64,000 bases of DNA, taken from positions 1,408,001-1,472,000 of the forward strand of contig CAWCKH010000004.1 in assembly GCA_963796055.1 (NCBI GenBank), written 5' to 3'. This DNA comes from an uncultured delta proteobacterium (GTDB lineage: Bacteria > Myxococcota > Myxococcia > Myxococcales > Myxococcaceae). Shown in pieces: positions 10,670 to 19,029 of the stretch (the first letter of the stretch is position 1; every line of letters starts with the position of its first letter). The position numbers were made by a program, and so were the translations under genes. The notes under the pieces are model-generated. The model was not told where the DNA came from, did no database searches, and was given only the letters and a program-made list of their open reading frames with translations.

Positions 10670-11101
10670 GTGATGGAGACCAAGGCGCTGCACCGGGGCC
10701 GGCTGATCGACCATGTTCACCTGGTGGTCGGGGACGTGGAGGCCAGCCGGCACTTCTACCGCGCGGTGCTCTCGGTGCTGGGCATCGGGCTCGGCGGCGA
10801 GGGAAAGGACTACTTCTGGGCGGACGAGCTGTTCGTCTCCAGCCCCGACAGCCGTGCTGCGCAGGGCGAGCGGACCGGCCGGGTGCACCTGGCCTTCCAG
10901 GCCCCGAACCGCGCGGCGGTGGAGGAGTTCCACCGCGTCGGCCTGGTGAACGGCGGGCGGAGCAACGGCGAGCCCGGGCTCCGGCCGTACCACCCCGGGT
11001 ACTACGCGGCGTTCCTGCTCGATCCGGACGGGAACAACGTCGAGGCGGTGTTCCACGGCCCCTCGACCCGCTCGGCGGAGTCGGTGGTGGTGCGGTTCTA
11101 G
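10670..11101 (+). CDS. VOC/glyoxalase family protein
   Basis: IDHVHLVV, HLAFQA, YYAAFLLDPDGNNVEAV. Confidence 0.9.
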   Translation: MMETKALHRGRLIDHVHLVVGDVEASRHFYRAVLSVLGIGLGGEGKDYFWADELFVSSPDSRAAQGERTGRVHLAFQAPNRAAVEEFHRVGLVNGGRSNGEPGLRPYHPGYYAAFLLDPDGNNVEAVFHGPSTRSAESVVVRF

Positions 11102-11135
11102 CGGCTCGACCGCCCGCAGCCCTCGACCCTGCTCA

Positions 11136-11172
11136 GCCCCCCGCTCCGGACCCTCAGGAGCGGCGCAGGGGC
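11136..11172. terminator. GC-rich hairpin between convergent genes (possible bidirectional terminator)
   Basis: CCGCTCC/GGAGCGG stem (11141-11163) with outer GCCCC/GGGGC; no clear U-tract. Confidence 0.3.
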
Positions 11173-11187
11173 GCCGCCCGACCATGC

Positions 11188-11913
11188 TCAGCGCTTCAGC
11201 GAGTACTTGGCGATGACGTAGAGCGCGCGCACGCCGTCCTTCCAGCCGATCTTCTTCCCTTCCTCGTAGGTGCGCCCGTGGTAGCTGATGGGCACCTCGT
11301 AGACCCGGGCACCGGTGCGGGCCACCTTGGCGGTGATCTCCGGCTCGAACCCGAAGCGGTCCTCGTCGATGGAGATGGACTGGATCAGCGCGCGGCGGAA
11401 CGCCTTGTAGCAGGTCTCCATGTCGGTCAGGTTCAGGCCCGAGGTCATGTTGGAGAGCGTGGTGAGCCCCCAGTTCACCACCGCGTGCCAGTAGTAGAGC
11501 ACCCGGCGCGTCTCACCGATGAAGCGGCTGCCGTACACCACGTCGGCGTGGCCATCGAGGATGGGGGCCACCAGGCGGGGAATCTCGCGGGGGTCGTACT
11601 CGAGGTCGGCGTCCTGCACGACCACCACCTCCCCGCTGGCCTCGGCGAAGCCGCGCCGGAGCGCCGCACCCTTCCCCCGGTTCGTCTCCTGGAAGAGTAC
11701 GTGCAGCTTGTTCTCGTTGACCGGGCGGGCGCCGGGGAGGCCGTCGAGCCCGCGCTCCGCCAGGCGCAGCAGCACCTCGCGGCTGCCGTCGGTGGAGCAG
11801 TCGTCGATGACGACCAGCTCCTTCGGCATGTCCACCGCCACCACGCGGCGGAGCAGCTCCTCCAAGGTGCCCTTCTCGTTGTAAACGGGGATGACCAGCG
11901 AGACCATCGGCAT
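11188..11913 (-). CDS. Glycosyltransferase family 2 (DPM1-like)
   Basis: VIPVYNE, IDDCSTDGS, GKGAALRRG, QDADLEYDP, TDMETCYK. Confidence 0.92.
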   Translation of the reverse strand: MPMVSLVIPVYNEKGTLEELLRRVVAVDMPKELVVIDDCSTDGSREVLLRLAERGLDGLPGARPVNENKLHVLFQETNRGKGAALRRGFAEASGEVVVVQDADLEYDPREIPRLVAPILDGHADVVYGSRFIGETRRVLYYWHAVVNWGLTTLSNMTSGLNLTDMETCYKAFRRALIQSISIDEDRFGFEPEITAKVARTGARVYEVPISYHGRTYEEGKKIGWKDGVRALYVIAKYSLKR

Positions 11914-11930
11914 CGGCCGACCCTTAGCAG

Positions 11931-12815
11931 ATGAACGAACCCCGGTGGCTCTCCGCGCAGTTTCCGTACCCTTCGCGAGCGGACAGCGTCCCCGGAGGAA
12001 CGATGGCCTGGGTCGAATCTGGACGCGGACGTGACGTGGTCTGCGTGCACGGCAACCCCACCTGGAGCTTCGTCTGGAGGAAGGTGATGGCCGCGCTGGA
12101 CGGGCAACGGCTGCACCTGCTCGCTCCGGATCTCCTCGGCTGTGGACGGAGCTCGAAGCCGCGGGCGGTGGCCTGGCACACGCTGGACCGGCACGCCGCG
12201 GCCCTGGAGGCGTGGATGGAGGCGCGGCGGCTGGTGGACCCCATCCTGGTGGTGCAGGACTGGGGCGGACCCATCGGCCTGCTCGCCGCGTCGCGGTCCT
12301 CGGTCCGCGTGTCGGCGGTGTGCCTGCTGAACACGGGGGTGGTGCTCCCCGGGCGGTTCCGCGGAACGCTCTTCCACCGGCTGTCGCGCACCCCGGTCCT
12401 CGCGCCGGTGCTCTTCCGGGGCCTGGGCTTTCCGCTGCAGGCCCTGGCCCGCGTGCAGGGCGACCCACGCTCCATCTCCGGCGACGTGGCGCGGGCGTAC
12501 CGCTGGCCCTTTCGCACGCTGGCCGATCGGGCCGCCCCGCTCGGGCTTGCGCGGATGGTGCCGGACTCGGCGACGCACCCCAGCGTGCCCGGGCTGAGGG
12601 CCGCCGACGGGTGGATCCGTGCCTTCCCCGGCCCGGTGGAGCTGGTCTGGGGCCGGAAGGATCCGCTCCTGGGGCGCGCACTCCGTCGCCACGCCGAGCA
12701 GCTGCCCCGGGCCCGGGTCACCGAAACCGACGCCGGGCACTTCCTCCAGGAGGAGGTCCCGGACATCATCGCCCGGAGCATCCGGCGGCTCGCCGGGATG
12801 CCGGAGACCCCGTGA
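11931..12815 (+). CDS. Alpha/beta hydrolase, haloalkane dehalogenase / OleB-like
   Basis: HGNPTWSF, QDWGG (Asp nucleophile), AGHFLQE. Confidence 0.85.
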   Translation: MNEPRWLSAQFPYPSRADSVPGGTMAWVESGRGRDVVCVHGNPTWSFVWRKVMAALDGQRLHLLAPDLLGCGRSSKPRAVAWHTLDRHAAALEAWMEARRLVDPILVVQDWGGPIGLLAASRSSVRVSAVCLLNTGVVLPGRFRGTLFHRLSRTPVLAPVLFRGLGFPLQALARVQGDPRSISGDVARAYRWPFRTLADRAAPLGLARMVPDSATHPSVPGLRAADGWIRAFPGPVELVWGRKDPLLGRALRRHAEQLPRARVTETDAGHFLQEEVPDIIARSIRRLAGMPETP

Positions 12816-13630
12816 CCCACCCGCTCGAACCGCTCGTGACCGCCGCCTACGCCGACCGCTCGCTGCTGGGGAAACCGGAGCATCGGTCCGCGGTGCTCGA
12901 GGCGATCGCCGGCCTCGACGACGGCTCGCTGCGGATCGCCGAGAAGGGGCCGGCAGGCTGGACGGTGAACGTGTGGCTCAAGGAGGCGGTGCTCCTCTAC
13001 TTCGCCATCTCCGAGATGAAGGTCTGGGAGGTGGGCCCGTTCGAGTTCCACGACAAGGTACCGCTGAAGAAGGGCCTGGCGAAGGCGGGCGTCCGGGTGG
13101 TGCCACCCGGGGTAGTGCGTTACGGGGCGCACGTCGAGCCGGGTGCGGTGGTGATGCCCGGCTACGTCAACATCGGCGCCCGGGTGGGGGCCGGGACCAT
13201 GGTGGACACCTGGGCCACCGTGGGCTCGTGCGCGCAGGTCGGCAAGGGCGTGCACCTGTCCGGGGGCGTGGGGCTGGGCGGGGTGCTCGAGCCGCCCGCG
13301 GCGCGGCCGGTCATCGTCGAGGACGGGGCGTTCATCGGCAGCCGGGCCGTCGTGGTGGAGGGGGTGGTGGTCGAGGAGGAGGCGGTGCTCGCGGCCAACA
13401 CCGTGCTCACCGCCACCACCCGCATCATCGACGTCACCGGGCCCGAGCCGCTCGAGTGGAGGGGCCGCGTGCCCGCGCGCAGCGTGGTCATCCCCGGGAG
13501 CGTGCCCCGGCAATTCCCCGCCGGCACCTACAGCGTGCCTTGCGCGCTGGTCATCGGCCAGCGCTCGGAGAGCACCGACAGGAAGACCTCGCTCAACCAG
13601 GCGCTCAGGGATTTCGCGGTGCCGGTGTGA
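12812..13630 (+). CDS. dapD: Tetrahydrodipicolinate N-succinyltransferase
   Basis: WLKEAVLLYF, DKVPLK, MVDTWATVGSCAQVG, GGVLEP; GTGA overlap start. Confidence 0.95.
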   Translation: MTHPLEPLVTAAYADRSLLGKPEHRSAVLEAIAGLDDGSLRIAEKGPAGWTVNVWLKEAVLLYFAISEMKVWEVGPFEFHDKVPLKKGLAKAGVRVVPPGVVRYGAHVEPGAVVMPGYVNIGARVGAGTMVDTWATVGSCAQVGKGVHLSGGVGLGGVLEPPAARPVIVEDGAFIGSRAVVVEGVVVEEEAVLAANTVLTATTRIIDVTGPEPLEWRGRVPARSVVIPGSVPRQFPAGTYSVPCALVIGQRSESTDRKTSLNQALRDFAVPV

Positions 13631-13714
13631 GCCGGAGCTTGCCGGTGCTGTGCTCGCCGCCGGTGCGCATCGACTGTGCTGGCCACGCCCCGCCGCGGTG
13701 AGCGAGAGTCGAAC

Positions 13715-14323
13715 ATGCACACTCTCTACGGCAACTCCACCTCCGGGAACTGCTGGAAGCCCGCGATGATGCTCCACGCTCGCGGCCTGCCGTTCCGCTG
13801 GATTGAGGTCGACATCCTCAAGGGAGAGAGCCGCACGCCCGAGTTTCTCCGCCTCAACCCGAACGGCCGCGTTCCCCTGCTGGTCCGGCCCGACGGACGC
13901 ACCCTGGCCGAGTCCAACGCGATGCTCGTGCACCTGGGCGAGGGGACGGAGTGGATCCCCTCCGACGCTTACCTCCGGGCCAAGATGTACGAGTGGCTCT
14001 TCTTCGAGCAGTACAGCCACGAGCCCTACGTCGCCACCGTGCGCTTCTGGGTGAGGTACGCCGGAAAGGCCGAGGAGAAGAAGCACGAGCTTCCCGAGCG
14101 GACCGCCCGTGGATACGCCGCGCTCGGGGTGATGGAGAAGGCGCTCTCCGCGGCGCCGTTCCTGGTCGGCGAGCGACCGACGCTCGCGGACATCACTCTC
14201 TACGCGTACACCCACGTCGCGCCCGAGGGGGGGTTCTCGCTGGACGACTACCCCGCCATCCGGCGGTGGCTGGACCGGGTTCCCACCCTGCCCGGCTTCG
14301 TCCCCATGCCCTTCCACGGGTGA
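13715..14323 (+). CDS. Glutathione S-transferase family protein
   Basis: SGNCWK, NPNGRVP, ESNAML, WLFFEQYSHEP, TLADITLYAYTH. Confidence 0.92.
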   Translation: MHTLYGNSTSGNCWKPAMMLHARGLPFRWIEVDILKGESRTPEFLRLNPNGRVPLLVRPDGRTLAESNAMLVHLGEGTEWIPSDAYLRAKMYEWLFFEQYSHEPYVATVRFWVRYAGKAEEKKHELPERTARGYAALGVMEKALSAAPFLVGERPTLADITLYAYTHVAPEGGFSLDDYPAIRRWLDRVPTLPGFVPMPFHG

Positions 14324-14363
14324 CGAGCTTGCTGGGCCCCGGGTCCCGGGGGACGCTCCTCCG

Positions 14364-15251
14364 GTGGTCCTTCCCTGGGAGCAGCTCCGCCTCGTGCTCG
14401 CCGTGGCCAGGCACGGGACGCTGTCCGGCGCCGCCCGGGCGCTGGGGCTGGCCCCCGACGCCTTCGAGGGCGCGTTGAAGGGGGTCGAGCGGGCTGCCGG
14501 CGCGGCGCTCTTCGTGCGCGAGGAGGGCCGTCTCCTCCCCACCGATGCCGGACGCAGCGCGATGCACACCGGCGAGCGCATGGCCGAGGAGATGGCGCGG
14601 GTGGACCGGGTGCTCCCCCGCGTTCCGCCCGGTCCGCCGGTCCGGGTCTGGCTGGACGAGGCGCTCGCGGCGCACTGGCTCCAGACCGCGGCGACGGACC
14701 TGACGCGGAAGCTCGGCAGCGTCACGCTCGAGCTCCTCACCGGGCGTGCCGGGCGACGGCAGGAGGTGGACCTGGAGGTGACGCCACACCGGGCAGGCGG
14801 GCACGTTCAACCGCCGCGTGCTCTGGGCACCATGGCCGACGCGCTCCATGCGTCCGAGGCCTACCTGCTCGACCACGGGCGTCCGTCCCGGCCCGACCAG
14901 CTCGTCGGACACCGGGTGGTGCTGCTCACCGGCACCGTGGGCCGTGGCAGCGCCGGCCGCTGGCTGCTGCGGGCCGCGCGGGCAGGGGCCCAGGTGGCCC
15001 TCCGGACCGACAGCATCCCGGTCTTCCTCTCCGCGGTGCACGCAGGGGTGGGGCTCGGCGTGCTCCCGCGCGGGTCGGAGGAGCTGGCGCCCGAGCTGGT
15101 GTGCATCTCGGCCCTCCCGGAGCTTCCGCCACGGCCGCTCTGGCTCGTGTTCCGGGGCGACGCCCGGCCGGGACCGCGGGTCCGCCGCGCGGCCCAGGTC
15201 CTCGAGCAGACGCTGGGGGCCGCGCTGCGCCGCTGGGAGCGGGCGGGCTGA
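14364..15251 (+). CDS. LysR-family transcriptional regulator (divergent)
   Basis: N-terminal WEQLRLVLAVARHGTLSGAARALG...LFVR...PTDAG; substrate-binding domain ending AGVGLGVLP. Confidence 0.8.
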   Translation: MVLPWEQLRLVLAVARHGTLSGAARALGLAPDAFEGALKGVERAAGAALFVREEGRLLPTDAGRSAMHTGERMAEEMARVDRVLPRVPPGPPVRVWLDEALAAHWLQTAATDLTRKLGSVTLELLTGRAGRRQEVDLEVTPHRAGGHVQPPRALGTMADALHASEAYLLDHGRPSRPDQLVGHRVVLLTGTVGRGSAGRWLLRAARAGAQVALRTDSIPVFLSAVHAGVGLGVLPRGSEELAPELVCISALPELPPRPLWLVFRGDARPGPRVRRAAQVLEQTLGAALRRWERAG

Positions 15252-15397
15252 TCCACGCCCGGCGGACCGGCAGGCCTACCAGAGGACCCCTGCGGCCATC
15301 ATCCCCAGCGCAGCTCTCATCCCTCGAGCCTCCCGTTTGCCCGCGCTCCGGCGCGCGTGGTACGCCCCCGGTGCGCAGAAACAGGACGGAACCCGTC

Positions 15398-15946
15398 ATG
15401 GCCCGAGCAGGACCGCGACCGTCAGGTGTCCTCGACGCTGGGACGCGGGACCATCTGTTCAGCGCTGCCTACGACGAGCTGCGGCGCCTGGCGGCCTCGG
15501 TTCGCCGTGACGACCCCAGCCGCACGCTCAGCCCCACTGCCCTGGTGAACGAGGCCTGGCTGAAGCTCGCCTCCTCGCCCGAGTTCGCAGCCACCTCGCC
15601 GGCGCACTTCAAGCGCATCGCCGCCCGCGCGATGCGGCAGGTGCTGGTGGAGGCGGCGCGGCGTCGCTCGGCGAGGAAGCGCGGCGGTGGAGCACCGTTG
15701 GTCACCTTCGACGAGGACACGTTGCCGCCGGAGGCCGGCTCGGAGCAGGTCCTGGCGCTGGACACCGCGCTGGAGGCCCTGGCCCGGCTGGAGCCGCGCC
15801 AGGCGCTCATCGTCGAGAGCCGCTTCTTCGGCGGGCTCGACGTCCGTGAGACCTGCGAGGTCCTCGGCATCTCCGAGGCCACCGTGTTGCGCGACTGGCG
15901 CGCGGCCCGCGCCTTTCTGGCCCATGAGCTTCGACAGACAGGCTGA
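15398..15946 (+). CDS. ECF sigma factor, kinase-associated (TIGR02999-type)
   Basis: YDELRRLA, TLSPTALVNEAWLKL, AARAMRQVLVEAARRR.A.KRGG, RFFGGL, VLRDWRAARAFL. Confidence 0.9.
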   Translation: MARAGPRPSGVLDAGTRDHLFSAAYDELRRLAASVRRDDPSRTLSPTALVNEAWLKLASSPEFAATSPAHFKRIAARAMRQVLVEAARRRSARKRGGGAPLVTFDEDTLPPEAGSEQVLALDTALEALARLEPRQALIVESRFFGGLDVRETCEVLGISEATVLRDWRAARAFLAHELRQTG

Positions 15947-18566
15947 GACGGGCCCGGCGCGCTGGCGCCGGGTACAGGATCTCTTCCATGCCGCGGCGGA
16001 TCTGCCCGCGGGCGACCAGCATGCGTTCCTCGAGGCGCGCTCCGGTGGCGACCCCGCGCTGGTCGCCGAGGTGGAGGCCCTGCTTCTCGAGGACCGCACG
16101 CCCGGCTCGTTCCTGGACCGCGCGCTCCCGGACCTGGCCGGTCACCTGCTCGGTCCCGACGCGCCGGGAACGGTGGGTCCCTACCGCGTCCTCCGTCTGC
16201 TGGGCGAGGGCGGGATGGGCGTCGTCTACCTGGTGGAGCGCGAGGACGTGGGCGGGCGCGCCGCGCTCAAGCTGCTCCGGGACGGATGGGTCTCGCCGTC
16301 GCGCCGGGCGCGGTTCCTCGCCGAGCAGCGCACGCTGGCCCAGCTCGAGCACCCCGGCATCGCCCAGCTGCACGACGCGGGGACGTTGCCCGACGGCACG
16401 CCCTGGTTCGCGATGGAGTACGTGGAGGGCGTCCCTCTCACCGAGTACTGCCGGGCGCGGGTCAGCGGGCTCGCCGAGCGGCTCCGGCTCTTCCGGGCGG
16501 TGTGCGAGGCGGTACAGCACGCGCACCGGCACGCCGTCATCCACCGGGACCTCAAACCTTCCAACATCCTGGTGAAGCCCGACGGCTCGGTGAAGCTCCT
16601 CGACTTCGGGATCGCCAAGCAGCTCGATCCCACCGGCTCCAGCACCGACCCGACGCGCACCGGGTTGCGTCTGATGACGCCCGCGTACGCCGCGCCCGAG
16701 CAGGTCGAGGGCGGCCGGCTGGGAGTGCAGACCGACGTGTATGCGCTGGGCGTGCTCCTCTTCGAGCTGCTCGCAGGACGGGTCCCGTTCGAGCTCACCG
16801 GGCTTTCACCGCACGAGGCGGCGCGCAAGGTGCTGGAGCAGGAGCCGGCGCGTCCCTCGGAGATCCCGGGCCGGCCGGTCCAGGCGGGCCGCGCGGCGTG
16901 GGCCGACCTCGACGTCCTCTGCCTCACCGCGATGCAGCGAGACCCGGCGCGCCGCTACCCGTCGGTGGAGGCGCTGATCCGGGACCTGGATCACCACCTC
17001 GCCGGGGAGCCGCTCGACGCCCGTCCCGACTCGCTGGCTTACCGCGCCGGCAAGCTCCTCCGGCGAAACGCCCGGTCGGTGCTGGTGGCCTCGGCGGTGG
17101 GCGTGCTCATCCTGGCGCTGACCGTGTTCTCCGCCATCCGGCTGGCACGCGCGCGCGACGCGGTGGCGGCCGAGGCCGCGCGGACCCAGCGCATCCAGCA
17201 GTTCATGCTCCAGCTCTTCGAGGGTGGGACCGGCGAGGTCGGGCCATCGGCCGATCTGCGGGTGGTGGACCTCCTGGACCGCGGGGTGCGCGAGGCCCAG
17301 TCGCTCGAGGGGGAACCGGCGGTGGAGGCCGAGCTGCTGCAGACGCTGGGAGGCATCGCGGTCAACCTCGGTCGGCTGGACCAGGCGGAGACGCTGCTCA
17401 CCCGGGCGCTGGAGCTCCGGCGGGCCGCGTTCGGCGACGACCACCCGGAGGTGGCGCGGTCGATGGTGGCCAGCGGTCAGCTCGCCAGCGCCCGGGGCCG
17501 GTACGACGACGCCGAGCGGCAGATCCGGGCCGGGCTGGCGATGCTCCGTCGTCACCGGTCGCGGGACGACCCCGAGGTGGCGCGTGCCATCTCGGCGCTG
17601 GGTCGTGTCCTGGAGAACGCGGGAAAGTACCCCGAGTCGATCCGTGAGCTGGAGGAGGCGGTCCGGCTCCAGTCCAGGCGGGCGGGGCTCGAGGCCGACC
17701 TCTCGCAGAGCCTCACCGAGCTGGCGAACAGCCAGTTCTACTCCGGCCGCTACGCCGAGGCCGATGCGCTGAACCAGCGGGTCCTGGCCATCGACCGCCG
17801 CCTCTACGGACCGCGGCATCCGCACGTCGCGGACGACCTCATCAACCTCGGGGCGGTGCAGCTCGAGGGCGGGCATTACGCCGAGGCCGAGCGCTGGGAC
17901 CGGGAGGCTCTGGAGATCATGAGCGCCTGGTACGGCCCTGACCACCCCGAGACCGCCTCGGCGCAGACTCTCCTCGCCCGGGCCCTGCTCAGGCTGGAGC
18001 GCCGCGACGAAGCCCGGGCGCTGCTGGTGACCGCGCTGGCGACGCAGGAGCGGGTGTATGGCCCCGTGCACCCGCGCGTGGCCTCGACCCTGAACGAGCT
18101 GGGGCTCATCGCCCGCGACCAGGGCCGGCTCGACGAGGCCGCTGGCCGCTTCGGACGGATGGCGGAGATCTACGAGGAGGTCCACCACGGGAATCACTAC
18201 CTGATCGGGGTGGCGCTCTCGAACCTCGCCGACGTGGAGCAGCGGCGCGGCAACGCGCCGCGCGCACAGGAGCTCTTCCGGCGCGTGCTCGCCGTGTACC
18301 GGGCGGCGCTGCCGGAGGACCATCCGCTGCAGGGCATCGCGCGGGTGCGCTTCGGTCACGCGCTCCTCGCCGCGGGCCAGGCTGCGGACGCGGAGGCCCA
18401 GAGCCGTGCCGGGTACGAGCTGCTGGTGAAGCGGAAGGACCCGCCCGCCAACTGGCTCACGACGGCGCGCCAGGACCTGGCCGCGGCGTACCGGGCGCTC
18501 GGTCGTCCGACCGAGGCAGAGCGGTTTCAAGCCGAGCTGGCCACGGCCGACGCCGCGCGCCGTTGA
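15924..18566 (+). CDS. Transmembrane Hanks-type Ser/Thr kinase with C-terminal TPR array
   Basis: GEGGMG, AALK, HRDLKPSN, DFG, APE; one TM helix; repeated HP.VA..L..LG TPR units. Confidence 0.93.
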   Translation: MSFDRQAETGPARWRRVQDLFHAAADLPAGDQHAFLEARSGGDPALVAEVEALLLEDRTPGSFLDRALPDLAGHLLGPDAPGTVGPYRVLRLLGEGGMGVVYLVEREDVGGRAALKLLRDGWVSPSRRARFLAEQRTLAQLEHPGIAQLHDAGTLPDGTPWFAMEYVEGVPLTEYCRARVSGLAERLRLFRAVCEAVQHAHRHAVIHRDLKPSNILVKPDGSVKLLDFGIAKQLDPTGSSTDPTRTGLRLMTPAYAAPEQVEGGRLGVQTDVYALGVLLFELLAGRVPFELTGLSPHEAARKVLEQEPARPSEIPGRPVQAGRAAWADLDVLCLTAMQRDPARRYPSVEALIRDLDHHLAGEPLDARPDSLAYRAGKLLRRNARSVLVASAVGVLILALTVFSAIRLARARDAVAAEAARTQRIQQFMLQLFEGGTGEVGPSADLRVVDLLDRGVREAQSLEGEPAVEAELLQTLGGIAVNLGRLDQAETLLTRALELRRAAFGDDHPEVARSMVASGQLASARGRYDDAERQIRAGLAMLRRHRSRDDPEVARAISALGRVLENAGKYPESIRELEEAVRLQSRRAGLEADLSQSLTELANSQFYSGRYAEADALNQRVLAIDRRLYGPRHPHVADDLINLGAVQLEGGHYAEAERWDREALEIMSAWYGPDHPETASAQTLLARALLRLERRDEARALLVTALATQERVYGPVHPRVASTLNELGLIARDQGRLDEAAGRFGRMAEIYEEVHHGNHYLIGVALSNLADVEQRRGNAPRAQELFRRVLAVYRAALPEDHPLQGIARVRFGHALLAAGQAADAEAQSRAGYELLVKRKDPPANWLTTARQDLAAAYRALGRPTEAERFQAELATADAARR

Positions 18567-18654
18567 GCCCTTCCTTCCATGGCCGGTGCACCGCGGCGAG
18601 GGGCCGACCAGCGCCCAGGTCGCAGCACGGGCAGGGGAACGTGCCGGCAGGCGA

Positions 18655-18810
18655 TCAGAGGATGACGCTGACCGCGGCTGGGGTCACCGCCGACTGGCGC
18701 AAGGCGAGCGGGTACCCGTCGAACACGGCAATGGTGCCGGCAACGAACATTGCCCAAAGAACGGTGAGCGCGATCCCAAAAGCGAAAAGGGAAACCGAAT
18801 TGCTCTTCAC
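18655..18810 (-). CDS. Putative 51-aa single-pass membrane microprotein (below the ORF-track cutoff)
   Basis: GTG start with AGGAAGGAAGG upstream; MKSNSVSLFAFGIALTVLWAMFVAGTIAVFDGYPLALRQSAVTPAAVSVIL*. Confidence 0.55.
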   Translation of the reverse strand: MKSNSVSLFAFGIALTVLWAMFVAGTIAVFDGYPLALRQSAVTPAAVSVIL

Positions 18811-19029
18811 GACAACCTTCCTTCCTGAGTCCACATCGATCTGACAGGGAAACCCCGCGGGCGCTCCTCCGAACGCACGGCGCCGAGGGCGTCGGCGCCG
18901 GCATGATCGTGGAAACCCGTCACGAGATCTCCGTCACGACCGCCTCCCAGGTGGTCCCGAGAGTCAGATGACGGTCCTGGAGGGGTTCCTGCGCATGGAC
19001 GGGAGGAACCGCCGCCGGAGGACCTCGCG

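Noticed and set aside
8725..11934. Very long alternative ORFs (1069 aa here; also 11924-14740, 43501-46713, 58093-60924)
   Set aside because: Shadow frames of high-GC coding DNA; they overlap clear genes and carry no motifs
17300..18400. Periodic sequence inside the kinase gene
   Set aside because: Explained by protein TPR repeats
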